From positions 64,001 to 128,000 of IMG/VR virus record IMGVR_UViG_3300016457_000282: 64,000 nt of DNA, one strand, 5' to 3'. Source of the DNA: a virus. Below the pieces are notes generated by a model. The model had not been told where the DNA came from and did not search any database. It worked only from the letters and a program-made list of their open reading frames with translations. Shown here piece after piece: positions 45,931-55,817 of the stretch; the stretch's first letter is position 1, and each line of letters opens with the position of its first letter. Position numbers and translations under genes: made by a program.

Positions 45931-46782
45931 TTATTTACTTAGGAAGTTCCAAGATCTCTCAAGTGTTTCGAAGTAGAGGGTAATAGCGTTGGTTGAGCAT
46001 TTACCTGTTTTAATGTAGAGAAGGAACTCCTCTGCAAACCCTTCAGAGGGATTGGAGCGGCCGTAGGTTGATTGGATCCTGTTTCGTTGCCTCTCGTAGA
46101 TTATGTTCCAAGCTTCGAATTCTTTATTGGAAATCTTTCCCATAAGAAGGTGCCCGAATTCGTGAATCCACACGTCTTTTTCTGTCTTTACGTAACTAGA
46201 AGGGTTCCTTGTAGGTAAGGCAGGGTTCATAAAGAGGTAGTTTCGGTCACCTAGTAGTTTTTTGTTTTGGTAGTAAGACCTAAGGGACCTTTTTAAGTCG
46301 TGTTCTACCAATTCTTGAAGGAAGTTTACAAAGTTTTCGTCTAATTCCTTCACACCATAGGGAATTAAATGGAATTTCTTTGCTGTTGCGATGAACTTCT
46401 CTTGGGAAGTTTTGGATTTCTCTAGCTCAGAGATTATCTGACGGTAATAGGCTATCTTGCGCTTTCCGACATCTGTACTAAGAGCAAACCCCTTTAGTTT
46501 CCTTTTCTCTGTATCAGAAAAGAAGTGGACCTCTACGTTCTCGAGTAGTCCCGGGAATTTTTTGTCGGTGTCCTTGCACGCGGCGGCGAGCCATTTCCAG
46601 TCGATTTTCCCCTTATATGGAACTAACCCTTTGAAGGTATGAGGTGAGGAGTGTGAAAGTCTCTTAAGTAGAGATTCCGTGTCTGCTCTACGAACAAACT
46701 TAATTCCCTTAAAAAGGCTCTCTCGGATGGGGATCCTTTTTCCTTTGTAGGTAATCCACGTTATGATCCTTTCATAAGTCAT
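45931..46782 (-). CDS. Zincin metallopeptidase-domain protein
   Basis: HEFGH ... S.YG...P.EGFAE; N-terminal WITYKGKRIPI. Confidence 0.85.
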   Translation of the reverse strand: MTYERIITWITYKGKRIPIRESLFKGIKFVRRADTESLLKRLSHSSPHTFKGLVPYKGKIDWKWLAAACKDTDKKFPGLLENVEVHFFSDTEKRKLKGFALSTDVGKRKIAYYRQIISELEKSKTSQEKFIATAKKFHLIPYGVKELDENFVNFLQELVEHDLKRSLRSYYQNKKLLGDRNYLFMNPALPTRNPSSYVKTEKDVWIHEFGHLLMGKISNKEFEAWNIIYERQRNRIQSTYGRSNPSEGFAEEFLLYIKTGKCSTNAITLYFETLERSWNFLSK

Positions 46783-46807
46783 TACTTACTTGTTAACTAG
46801 CGTCATT

Positions 46808-47659
46808 CTAAAGTAAGTTCCACTCTTTGTGAAGGCTTCTAAAATACTCGTTAAGTTCTTTTGTCGAGTTATTTCCTCTTGAAATGAACAACCAAAATTC
46901 CTCTGCAAACCCTTCAGTGGGGCTAGTTCTTCCGTACTCCGAACGTAACTTTAGCTGGTTGGGATAGTAAACATCAACCCAACGTTTCCACTGAGAAGGT
47001 TGAAGCTTAGCAGTTAGGACGTGCCCGAACTCGTGAATCCACGCGTGTCTTTGTGTTAGTGGATCTCGTTTATTCAAAACGGAAGGTTGAAAGCAAATGA
47101 TTATATCGTCCGGAGTAATAGCGCTCTTTTGAGGTCTTCCTCCCCTGAGAGGAAGTATTACCAAGGGTTTCAGCTTCTCTATTTGAGTAAGATAGTAGTT
47201 TTTAAGATGAGTCAGGGTGTCGTACGTCAAGTTTGGGTTGGAGGTACCCAAACCGTATTTCGCGGCGATCTTTCGAAGTTCAGTGCGTGAGGTTGCACTA
47301 CGTAATTCCTTACTGATGATGGTAAGTACCTGTAAATCTCTTCGCCCCAGAGTATCATTAACGACAAAACTCAGTACTGACGTTCCTCTACTTGTCTTGA
47401 TTGGGATTATCTTGGTGCCGTGTAGGATTCCCGGGAACTTTTCGTCTACGGCTCGAACTGAAATCCCCAAGCTCTTCAGGTCGTACTTCGTGAAATGAGG
47501 TTCGATGTCGCCGTACCTTCTCCAATACCTTCGATCAAGCTCTTCAGCTATTGGTATAGCTTCTTTTTTCGAGAGAAAGCGGGCTCCTCTTAGGATTCTC
47601 TCCGTGATTGGAATCCTCCTGCCCTTATACGTTATCCACTTGAGGATCCTGAGCCTCAT
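46808..47659 (-). CDS. Zincin metallopeptidase-domain protein, paralog
   Basis: HEFGH ... SEYG...P.EGFAE; N-terminal WITYKGRRIPI. Confidence 0.85.
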   Translation of the reverse strand: MRLRILKWITYKGRRIPITERILRGARFLSKKEAIPIAEELDRRYWRRYGDIEPHFTKYDLKSLGISVRAVDEKFPGILHGTKIIPIKTSRGTSVLSFVVNDTLGRRDLQVLTIISKELRSATSRTELRKIAAKYGLGTSNPNLTYDTLTHLKNYYLTQIEKLKPLVILPLRGGRPQKSAITPDDIIICFQPSVLNKRDPLTQRHAWIHEFGHVLTAKLQPSQWKRWVDVYYPNQLKLRSEYGRTSPTEGFAEEFWLFISRGNNSTKELNEYFRSLHKEWNLL

Positions 47660-47923
47660 TTATACCCTCGGCTCGAAAATGTAGTCACCTTGCTGTTGTG
47701 GAAGAAGGGCGATATGCCAGTACGGACTTAACAGGAGCTTTCGAGGTATTCCTTTAGGGAAGGCTTTGCATTTGTCGTTCTTGAGGTAGTGTTTACACTG
47801 ATAACATGTTGGAGAGAGCGCGTTTGCTAGGGGATATAAGGGAAGATCCTTGATTGCGTTAACTTTGGGAATCTCCACGATTTTACTCTCCTCTCTAATC
47901 AGTCGTTGACTATGTATATCCAT
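47660..47923 (-). CDS. Small Cys-rich protein (CxxC...C.AFP.GIP)
   Basis: CYQCKH....CKAFPKGIP......H....P.Q.GD..FE. Confidence 0.7.
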   Translation of the reverse strand: MDIHSQRLIREESKIVEIPKVNAIKDLPLYPLANALSPTCYQCKHYLKNDKCKAFPKGIPRKLLLSPYWHIALLPQQQGDYIFEPRV

Positions 47924-47951
47924 TAATCTGCTAAGAGAGGCAAGGGAACTC

Positions 47952-50087
47952 CTACTCCTCAACTGTAATAATCCTACACTTGTTCTTATCACCACTCCAA
48001 CGAATTTCCGGGATTATCTTTTCACGTATTATTCTGTGTTTGTATTTGATTAGGTTGGTTAAGATGTTTTTGATCACTACAGCGGGGTTTGCTGTAGGTT
48101 TGTAGCCAAGTCTAGGTAAGTTGTTCCTATCAGGGTTGTAGTAGTGATCTTCCGCTTCAACTCGTGGATTTTCATAGTGAGCGAGTTTGACAGTGAACCC
48201 CAGCTTTTCTGCCTCCCTCTTTACCAACCGAGCCAGCCAGATGATTTCGTATACATCCTCGAATTGGTTAAACACTCTATATTCTCCTTCCTTGGGAGGG
48301 TTCTCAATAGCAATACGGAAGCATTGCATGGAGTCTTGAATGGGAAGGAACCCTCTCTTCTGCTTCCCTTTTCCATAAACCGTTAGTGGAATTCCTACAA
48401 TAGCCTGAGCGCAAGTACGATTTACGAGAGTGCCGAAGCAGTTATGCACCTGGACGTTGTTTGCGACGTACGTGTGATCTTCTTCAACATGGAGGTTGTA
48501 TACCTTCCCTTTGTACATCTTACTTGAAACTGATTTTACTCGCACCAGGTTGTCAAACCCTCCTGAATGTAAATAGATAGGACAGCTCAAATCCATTACG
48601 CTTATGATCGAAGTCCCGTTTGCGACTAACCTGTTAAACCTCTCATACTTCTCAAGGAACGGATTAGTTTGAACTTGGAGCCATTCTTTTAGTTCTCGCG
48701 CTGTCATCCACCGTGTCGTCTCTTTACCGTGCGCTGAAGAGAGCGTCGTTACTAAGATGGGATGACCTGGCGTACAAACAATTTTTCCAAAAGCGCGCTC
48801 AAGTTCTATCTCTATCACTTCCCCAACGTATTCTCGTTCAAACTTCTTAAGCACCTTTCGAAACCGACCCTTATGAGTTAAGACTTTGTCTCCTACCTGA
48901 ACGTCTTTTATAGGTTTTACGCCCTCTAAGCATGTAATTCTGGTGTTAGGAGGAAAACATTCATCTACATCATAGCGAGTAATTAATCTCTCATCTCCTT
49001 TCATTTCGGGGATCTGAATCCCATAAACCACTCCTTGCATGATATCAGTAGATCTAAGCCCCCAAACGTCGCAAGCAAATCTAATGTTGACAGAATCGTG
49101 TACCTTCGTACAATGATAAAAACTAGGAGGTTGACAAGGAAAAGGAAGAGTATCTTTACGCCCTCTATATTCAACTTCAAAGAATCCCTCAGGAATGTCG
49201 AGGTTTGTGACGCCATACTCTCCCATTGTGTTTCCTGACCAAGCCGCTTTTCCGTTCCGGCGTACATATATGATTCCTGTAGGAACGGTGCAACAGTACA
49301 CCTTTCCTGCATAAGGAACCCATTCCATATCAGAAGGAGTTACTTTAGTTTGGCTATCTATCTGTGGAATTATGAAGCTAGATTTCTTTGCCACGTGATC
49401 AGCCCTCTTTATCTGCACAACTCCCGAAGGAGATTCTCTAAAGACCACTCTATGATTGGGAGTAATCACGAAATCGACATCGTCGTTCACAATTCTCAGC
49501 ATCTCTCCCGCATACGGATACTCAACTATATGGTTTGGACAGTTGAACGATACTTCTCCTGTTTCTCCGTTGAGACAGCATACTTTGTCAGAGTAATCTA
49601 GGTCCTTGAACAACTTCCATCCTTTACTTGTTAGCACCTCTGTTTTGTCGTCATAACATCCTAATTTAACTAAGTGGATATCCTTACTCACAGCTTTGAT
49701 GGCGTACAAAAGGTTTAAGGTCCCCACTAGGTTGTTGACTTGGGTGAAAGTAGTGTGATGTACATCGATCATTGAGTAAGGTGCAGAAGGCATTTCACCT
49801 AGGTGGACAATTGCATCTGGTTTGAACTCTTTAATGGAGTTCAACACAAATTTGGGGTTCCTTAAGTCCCCGAAATAGAAAATAGGTTTCCTACCAAACA
49901 CTTCCTCACAAGCACGTATCCTCTCTTCCATACTCGCGATGGGTGTCACGGATTGAGATCCCATCTCCTCAACCCACTCTCTTCTCAACATCAAATCACA
50001 GCCACCTACTACGTAACCCCTAGCAAGTAAGTAAACAGTTAAAGTCCAACCCAAGTAACCATCCATTCCTGCAATATACACTCTCAT
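47952..50087 (-). CDS. sqdB: UDP-sulfoquinovose synthase with two inteins
   Basis: G.DGYLGW, E.PSAPYSM, HLVKLG|TMGEYG, YH.TK.HDS, FGT..NR, PLTVYGKG.Q.RGF, NPRVE.E.HYY. Confidence 0.92.
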   Translation of the reverse strand: MRVYIAGMDGYLGWTLTVYLLARGYVVGGCDLMLRREWVEEMGSQSVTPIASMEERIRACEEVFGRKPIFYFGDLRNPKFVLNSIKEFKPDAIVHLGEMPSAPYSMIDVHHTTFTQVNNLVGTLNLLYAIKAVSKDIHLVKLGCYDDKTEVLTSKGWKLFKDLDYSDKVCCLNGETGEVSFNCPNHIVEYPYAGEMLRIVNDDVDFVITPNHRVVFRESPSGVVQIKRADHVAKKSSFIIPQIDSQTKVTPSDMEWVPYAGKVYCCTVPTGIIYVRRNGKAAWSGNTMGEYGVTNLDIPEGFFEVEYRGRKDTLPFPCQPPSFYHCTKVHDSVNIRFACDVWGLRSTDIMQGVVYGIQIPEMKGDERLITRYDVDECFPPNTRITCLEGVKPIKDVQVGDKVLTHKGRFRKVLKKFEREYVGEVIEIELERAFGKIVCTPGHPILVTTLSSAHGKETTRWMTARELKEWLQVQTNPFLEKYERFNRLVANGTSIISVMDLSCPIYLHSGGFDNLVRVKSVSSKMYKGKVYNLHVEEDHTYVANNVQVHNCFGTLVNRTCAQAIVGIPLTVYGKGKQKRGFLPIQDSMQCFRIAIENPPKEGEYRVFNQFEDVYEIIWLARLVKREAEKLGFTVKLAHYENPRVEAEDHYYNPDRNNLPRLGYKPTANPAVVIKNILTNLIKYKHRIIREKIIPEIRWSGDKNKCRIITVEE
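48441..48959 (-). mobile_element. Mini-intein 2 (173 aa) in sqdB
   Basis: CFPPNT ... T.GHP ... VYNL.V...H.Y.AN...VHN followed by Cys. Confidence 0.92.
49230..49658 (-). mobile_element. Mini-intein 1 (143 aa) in sqdB
   Basis: CYDDKTEVLT..GWK ... TPNH ... VYC..VP.G..YVRRNGK..WSGN followed by Thr. Confidence 0.92.
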
Positions 50088-50115
50088 CTGCAACCTCCCA
50101 CTACAATGTAACTAA

Positions 50116-50139
50116 AAAGGGCACGTGAGGGTGCCCTTT
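50116..50139. terminator. Stem-loop, probable terminator
   Basis: AAAGGGCAC-GTGAGG-GTGCCCTTT. Confidence 0.6.
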
Positions 50140-50164
50140 CAATTGCGAGTTTGTGCTCTCTAAG

Positions 50165-51184
50165 TTATCTTTCCTTCTTGAGAATGCGCGCTGCGGCGCG
50201 TGCATTAGCAGCCCAAAGTCTCATCCCCCATTGTATCGCTCTGGCAATTATGTGAGTTAGGAATCCTCCCACAACCCCAATAGCGCTAATGGCAGCGACC
50301 TTAAGCGTAGTCTTCTCCGCAATTTTTTTAATGGCAGATTGAATTGACTTGAGAGCTGCCTTTTTCGCAGGATCCTTAACAGCTAGGGAAGCTACTTTGG
50401 TAAGACCTGCTGTGAGTATAGGAACACTCATTATTCCCGCAGTCGTGAAAAGGCCTAGCGTTCCCATCACCGCAGCAAAAGCTCCTACCCCCTCTACAGC
50501 CTTCCAATTATGGTATTGCTTTTGATATTTTTCGGGAATGAAGATCTTTCTACCATTTTTTAGAGTCACCCAGTATCCTCTTTCGCCTTTCCACGTAGTT
50601 AGTTTGGAAACTTTGGAAACCGGGTCTTCCTTTGCAGCTCTCTGAAGGAGAGCCGTTCCTTTCTTGAGGTTCTCTCTAGGTGTGAGTACAATCTCGAGAA
50701 CGATATACCCATTCTTATCAACCACTGAAGTGAGCTCAAACTGAACTTTTCCTTTATCTCGAGTAGGACGGAACCTAGAGGATAGTGGTGTCTTAAACAC
50801 TCTTATTGGTGTCTTAGGTATGTAATCGGCGGGCTTTTCCTTTTTAATTCGAGAAATAAACTCCTCAAAGAGCTTCTCTGTTTTCGGTTTACCAATATCC
50901 TTCTCCTGTGCTTTGAGAGATAGATACTCGCCGAAGTTAGACTGATGAAATGCTTTGGACCCAAGTACTCTATGTGCTTGAGATATCGGAGTGACCGCTC
51001 CTTCCTCTTTATACACTTCCTCAAATCGGGGAAGGAATTCCTCGAAGATCTCTCTAAACAAGGGGATAGTAGAAACGCCAGCCTCCCTCCAACCCCACTT
51101 CACTGAAATCCTGGGATTGACTTTCGCTGGCGCCGCTGCAAGAGCGAGTTTCCGCGGCATTCTTAATTCCTCCTTCTTAACCAA
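50165..51184 (-). CDS. Basic protein with C-terminal hydrophobic helices
   Basis: WVTLKNGRKIFI followed by Gly/Ala-rich membrane-like segments. Confidence 0.7.
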   Translation of the reverse strand: MVKKEELRMPRKLALAAAPAKVNPRISVKWGWREAGVSTIPLFREIFEEFLPRFEEVYKEEGAVTPISQAHRVLGSKAFHQSNFGEYLSLKAQEKDIGKPKTEKLFEEFISRIKKEKPADYIPKTPIRVFKTPLSSRFRPTRDKGKVQFELTSVVDKNGYIVLEIVLTPRENLKKGTALLQRAAKEDPVSKVSKLTTWKGERGYWVTLKNGRKIFIPEKYQKQYHNWKAVEGVGAFAAVMGTLGLFTTAGIMSVPILTAGLTKVASLAVKDPAKKAALKSIQSAIKKIAEKTTLKVAAISAIGVVGGFLTHIIARAIQWGMRLWAANARAAARILKKER

Positions 51185-51237
51185 GTGCTAACCTTATTCT
51201 AGTAGGTTAAACTCTTAAGTCAAGGGGATGCCCACTT

Positions 51238-51837
51238 ATGAGAGTACCAAAGAAAACTTGGAAGAACAAATCTCAGTACAGGCTCTCCCTTGAGGAGAGA
51301 GAATACGTAGTCTCCTTACGGAGGACGGACTTCCCTCTGTACTACACTCCCTTAAACCTTTCCGAACTTGTTGTAACTAATTGGCTAGATCTTCGCAGAA
51401 GGTGCTCCCATACGTTCCAACGCGTCCTGTTCGTCTGGCCTTCGGATAACGAGAGTAAGAGCTACCGTATACCTCTCGATCTAATCTACCGACTTACCTT
51501 AAGAAAGACCTTACACATAGCCGTCTTCAAACCACTACGTTGGTACGTGAATAGATTGTTTGACGTACGTGTCCTCCCTACTGTCCTTTGGCTGGGATGG
51601 GATGCACGTTGGATCGAGCTGGGCCGCTTCGAGGGAGGTAACTTCACCGTACAGGAACTTCTAGTTATAGAAAGGAGTATTTCCTGGAATGGAGTAAAGG
51701 TATCAAACTTTGGCCTCGGAGGGTTCAAGGAAGAGGTCGAGCTCGATAGATGGGAAAAGCGAATTCAGTGGCTCTCTAAGAAACAGTTGTTGACCCGAGG
51801 CAGTTACGTTGCCTATGGAAGTAAACAGGGTCGATAG
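51238..51837 (+). CDS. Hypothetical protein, possibly degenerate thioredoxin-like fold
   Basis: F.V..LPT.L ... E..R..G; no CxxC. Confidence 0.45.
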   Translation: MRVPKKTWKNKSQYRLSLEEREYVVSLRRTDFPLYYTPLNLSELVVTNWLDLRRRCSHTFQRVLFVWPSDNESKSYRIPLDLIYRLTLRKTLHIAVFKPLRWYVNRLFDVRVLPTVLWLGWDARWIELGRFEGGNFTVQELLVIERSISWNGVKVSNFGLGGFKEEVELDRWEKRIQWLSKKQLLTRGSYVAYGSKQGR

Positions 51838-51901
51838 TAACTCAAATAAATTTAAACACTTAGTAAAATTGAACTCAGTTCCCTTTTGTGGGATTACTAT
51901 T

Positions 51902-53221
51902 TTAGAAGGGTTTGAGTATATCCCTTGAGGCGAAGTAAAAAGCGTGCGTCGTGTCTTTGGTAGTACTAAATGGAGACGTGAGCAGACTCTTAGGAGTAGT
52001 TGGAATTGCAAAATACCACTCTAAGTCGTAGTTTTTCGTAACTCGATCAATTACTTTGGGGATGTTGGAAACAAGATCACGGCTACGGCCGCGAGTCAGT
52101 TGATCACAGAAAGTTGAGTAGAGTTCGAGGGCGTCGTCTCGATTCTTAACGTAAAACACCCATTCCCTGTTTAAGACTTGCATGGATTCTAAAAACGTTT
52201 TTGTTCGGTCATAGAACGCGCTGTTAAATTGAAGTGTTACGTAGTGAATGCGGTGGGAGCCCGCTACGTAATCAGTGTCACCCGCGTGTGTTACTAGGCG
52301 AATTTCGCGAAAAGCGAAGTTCCTCCGAAAAGGTACTTCAGAGAACACTTCTCTATTAAACCTGTAAACTCTAGTAGCGGTCTCCGGGAGTGGGGAATAC
52401 TGTATGTCCGGCCACTTCTTCGCGCTCTTTAAACTCGAACTTGCCCGTGTTATTAACTCAGGAACTCTCCTGTACGATGTACGGACGATAAATTCCTTCT
52501 CTCTTGTTGAACCAAAACCAATCCTATAGTGCCCAACAATACGGGAGACAGGGATTTTGGCGTGATCGACCATTCCAAACTTCTGAGCCTGACTTTGAAG
52601 GGTTGAAAAAGATGCGAACGGGAAGTCCTTGAGAATGTACTTCTGTGGGTTGAGTTGCATCTCTTTTAAGTCTGCAAAAAACTGGATCATATGGTGCGCG
52701 TAGGTTGGCGAATAAGGGGTTGAAACCCACACACCTCTGTACAAAGTAATACGAGGTAGTTCCTTAGACTCTTTTAGCAAAAGTGCCCTGTTCAGTGCGG
52801 ATACTTCATCCCAAAAAGGGTTCTTAAGTTCCCCAGAAACTAGCTTCTGTAGAGTATCCCTAGCTCTAGAACGGTTCCAATGCCAGTTCTCGATCAACTT
52901 CCTATACCACAACTTATCCTGTTTGTTTGGCCAAGTACGATATAGTTCTGAGAAGAGAGGATGTACATATTTTCCTGTGTTCCCTAAGAAGGTTTTAAAG
53001 TTACGATCCTTTACCAGCTTGTATAGTCCTACTTCGTCAATTCTATCCATCCAGTATTTAACACGTTGCTCGTTGACGCGAGCTCCCTTGGACTTTAACT
53101 TTAGGAATATCCTCCGACCTCCCTTTGTAATGAAGACACCCTCTTCTCCACTTCCATTCAAGTAGATCCTGAAAAGTTTGTTGCGAATCTTGTGGAAAAA
53201 AGAAGTGCGAAAGTAGTTCAT
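51902..53221 (-). CDS. R-S-E clade ADP-ribosyltransferase-domain protein
   Basis: TLYRG ... ASFST ... EKEFIV; N-terminal FITKGGRRIFL. Confidence 0.75.
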   Translation of the reverse strand: MNYFRTSFFHKIRNKLFRIYLNGSGEEGVFITKGGRRIFLKLKSKGARVNEQRVKYWMDRIDEVGLYKLVKDRNFKTFLGNTGKYVHPLFSELYRTWPNKQDKLWYRKLIENWHWNRSRARDTLQKLVSGELKNPFWDEVSALNRALLLKESKELPRITLYRGVWVSTPYSPTYAHHMIQFFADLKEMQLNPQKYILKDFPFASFSTLQSQAQKFGMVDHAKIPVSRIVGHYRIGFGSTREKEFIVRTSYRRVPELITRASSSLKSAKKWPDIQYSPLPETATRVYRFNREVFSEVPFRRNFAFREIRLVTHAGDTDYVAGSHRIHYVTLQFNSAFYDRTKTFLESMQVLNREWVFYVKNRDDALELYSTFCDQLTRGRSRDLVSNIPKVIDRVTKNYDLEWYFAIPTTPKSLLTSPFSTTKDTTHAFYFASRDILKPF

Positions 53222-53403
53222 TTCCTCCTCTCCCTTCTCTTGAGTTTACGACGTAGCAGACGCGCTTCTGAGATAGGAGTCAGCGAAATAGCGTCGCCTA
53301 TCAACGTAGTAAAGGGAACTCCTTCATGTGGAGCCTTGTGAATCCACTCGTCGTCGATCAACCTCGAGAGATCAAATACCTTGACTTTTCGTGTTTGTTT
53401 CAC
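53218..53403 (-). CDS. Small hypothetical protein coupled to the ART gene
   Basis: GGAGG RBS; ATGA overlap. Confidence 0.6.
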   Translation of the reverse strand: MKQTRKVKVFDLSRLIDDEWIHKAPHEGVPFTTLIGDAISLTPISEARLLRRKLKRRERRK

Positions 53404-53433
53404 AAGCTTCCTCCTAAGTTTTTACCTAATTTC

Positions 53434-53479
53434 AAGTCTGCAAGGTTTCTCCCTTTCTAAGCAAAGAGGGATGTCAATA
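53434..53479 (-). mobile_element. Solo IS605-like end hairpin, family B
   Basis: TATTGACATCCCTCTTTGCTTAGAAAGGGAGAAACCTTGCAGACTT resembles 5004-5048. Confidence 0.45.
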
Positions 53480-53668
53480 GTGATTATTACGTTAACGTGT
53501 CGTAAAAGCAAGGGGGAGACGTGATCTTCAGTTGCTTGTAAAAATCGATTTTTAGCCCAGAAGTGCGCATACCTTTGGCACTTAAATCGCAGGTAACGCT
53601 CAACCTATACTTAGTTATACCCGAGGGTGTGGGGTAAGTTCGTTGTAGTGGAAAAAGAAAATTTTATA

Positions 53669-54040
53669 CTAGTCGTTCATGTTCTTACTGAAGCGAAACT
53701 CTCGGGGACTCTTGACCCTCTCCAGGACTACATTGTTATCAATACGACCTGTTCTGTACACATATAAAGGGCACAATCTCGCAGTGCAATCTTTAGGTGT
53801 TCTGCTATTTGAACACCATTGACAATATCTAACTATTGCTTTATTTCTCTCAGCGGATCTACCTCGTACACCTTTACCAGTTCGGAAAGGGTACAGAGGG
53901 CAGTCTGTAAAGGTACACTGTGAAACTGCGTAAGCATTCCACGCGGAACAGTTCAAGCACCTTTCATGTACCGCTTTGGTACGAGTGAGGTTTACCACTT
54001 TAGTACCACCATCTTTAGCAAGAACTTCAACTTTGATCAT
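53669..54040 (-). CDS. Protein with duplicated Cys-rich domain
   Basis: Two KA....CxxC...C....CPLY..R units. Confidence 0.75.
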   Translation of the reverse strand: MIKVEVLAKDGGTKVVNLTRTKAVHERCLNCSAWNAYAVSQCTFTDCPLYPFRTGKGVRGRSAERNKAIVRYCQWCSNSRTPKDCTARLCPLYVYRTGRIDNNVVLERVKSPREFRFSKNMND

Positions 54041-54052
54041 GTTAACCTCCTT

Positions 54053-54520
54053 TTACTTCTTCATCTTCTTTTTGATCAACTCTTTAACACGGGGATCTGT
54101 AATCCCGGCTCTTTCAAACTGCTTGTCAATATCAGTAGTTTTCTTCAACCCTTTAACTACAACCTTTCCTGAACCCTGGATATTTACTGGGGCGACACGA
54201 GCTTTAACTACAGGTTTAACTACAAATGTATCCTCCCAAACACACAAACAGAATTCAGGGCTTACTATCTCCAACTTAACTGGTACCTTCAATTCCTTCT
54301 CGAAAGAGACCTTAACAAAGCTCTCAAAAGGTGGGATAGAAACGTCGATCGAGTTCTTTCGAATTGTAGCAGGAACTCCATATTCAATGCCATTGATGGA
54401 CATTCTCAGGAATCCCTTTAAGTTGGACGTATCAACTCCCGTGATTTCGGATTCGAAGGAGAGGTTGTAAGGTTTGTTAGGAGCGAGTTTCATACTGACC
54501 TCCTTTTCAAAACTATACAC
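54053..54520 (-). CDS. Hypothetical protein, paralog of the upstream gene
   Basis: I.GV...L...LR...IE.G.P ... WED...KP shared. Confidence 0.7.
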   Translation of the reverse strand: MYSFEKEVSMKLAPNKPYNLSFESEITGVDTSNLKGFLRMSINGIEYGVPATIRKNSIDVSIPPFESFVKVSFEKELKVPVKLEIVSPEFCLCVWEDTFVVKPVVKARVAPVNIQGSGKVVVKGLKKTTDIDKQFERAGITDPRVKELIKKKMKK

Positions 54521-54843
54521 GGCGTCTTCTCATTTACTACCTCAACGTTCTTGACTGCAATCGAAGGTTTAAACACAATGCTATCTTCCCAAGGAACCAA
54601 ATAGAAACCGCCGCCAATCACTTCTAATCTTACTTTATAAGTCCTATCAAGCGCAAGACTCACGAACTTCTGTAATGCGGGAATGGTAACAACGATCTTG
54701 TCTCGTAGGACTTCACCAGGAAACCCCAGCTCAATTTTACCGACTTGCACTCTTAAATAAGCTGTTAGTACGGAGTAGTGGACCCCTTCAATGGTAACTC
54801 TGAATTCGAACGTTTTTGCAGATTGTAAATATGCCTCAATCAT
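54490..54843 (-). CDS. Hypothetical protein
   Basis: Paralog of 54053-54520. Confidence 0.7.
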   Translation of the reverse strand: MIEAYLQSAKTFEFRVTIEGVHYSVLTAYLRVQVGKIELGFPGEVLRDKIVVTIPALQKFVSLALDRTYKVRLEVIGGGFYLVPWEDSIVFKPSIAVKNVEVVNEKTPCIVLKRRSV

Positions 54844-55021
54844 GTACCGACTCCACAATCACCTTCAAGAGCTGACTTGTGTCAGGAGCATCTTTGGTAA
54901 CTAACCTATCAATATAAATTCGGGGTTTTTCCTGAGTAATCACTTCACCCCCACTTACTACTACAGGTTGAGCTTCACCTTTACATTTTCCAAAACCTCT
55001 TGTGATAATCAAACTCGTCAT
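54836..55021 (-). CDS. Small hypothetical protein
   Basis: IITRGFG start; coupled to the next gene. Confidence 0.6.
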   Translation of the reverse strand: MTSLIITRGFGKCKGEAQPVVVSGGEVITQEKPRIYIDRLVTKDAPDTSQLLKVIVESVHD

Positions 55022-55029
55022 AACATCAC

Positions 55030-55434
55030 CTACACTCCCATACTGTAGTTCTCGGAAACTTTAATACGTTTAGGAGGTACAGGGGCGCCGGCAGTGGCTT
55101 TAGCATGAGCCACTGCCAGTTCTATCGTCCCTAGTTGGTCAGCAGGAATTCTCAGTTTTCTCTCAATCTGCTCTTTCAGAAACTTGAGTTTACGCAGCTC
55201 CTCCTTCACAGATTGGGGCATATTTTGGGGAATTGGGTAACGATCTTGAAGCTGCCAAATTCTCTGCTGTATTTGGTAATACCTATCAGACCATATCTTC
55301 TGGTCCAAGCGCTGCTCTATTTTCTCCACGTACACCTGTTTAGCATAACGGGAGTCCACTGCCGCTACAGCTCCTATCAGAGAGCAAAGCCCCACCAGCA
55401 CCCCTAATAAGGTACTCACTCTTCCTACCGACAA
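55030..55434 (-). CDS. Membrane-anchored coiled-coil protein
   Basis: N-terminal hydrophobic helix; GGAGG RBS. Confidence 0.65.
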   Translation of the reverse strand: MSVGRVSTLLGVLVGLCSLIGAVAAVDSRYAKQVYVEKIEQRLDQKIWSDRYYQIQQRIWQLQDRYPIPQNMPQSVKEELRKLKFLKEQIERKLRIPADQLGTIELAVAHAKATAGAPVPPKRIKVSENYSMGV

Positions 55435-55456
55435 GGCTCAACCTCCAAGTAGTAGA

Positions 55457-55795
55457 TCATTCTGTCGATATAGAGAAGCCCGAAGGAAGAGCGGGTAGTG
55501 TTTTTGTAAAGTCGAAAGGGACCGGATCACTCACCCCCCAAATGTTCTTCGCTCTTACTTCAACATGATGCTCCCCTTCTGTTACACTAGCTAGATCGAA
55601 ATGGAGACGTACAGTACCATTACCCAAATCTTGAGCAGGTACTTCGGTCTCAGTTCCATCTAGGGTAACTATGTAAGAGGTTACGTTAGTTTGGGGGTCG
55701 CAAACTAGATAAGGAGCGGCAAATGCACTCCCTGCCATGAAAATACAAAAAGCCAGAAGAAAAATTCCTGTCAATACTTTCGACATCCTAATCAT
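55457..55795 (-). CDS. Secreted FN3/Ig-like protein
   Basis: Signal peptide ending AFA; V.A.N.WG.S.P. Confidence 0.7.
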   Translation of the reverse strand: MIRMSKVLTGIFLLAFCIFMAGSAFAAPYLVCDPQTNVTSYIVTLDGTETEVPAQDLGNGTVRLHFDLASVTEGEHHVEVRAKNIWGVSDPVPFDFTKTLPALPSGFSISTE

Positions 55796-55817
55796 CCTAA
55801 TCCCTCCTTCTCTTTTT

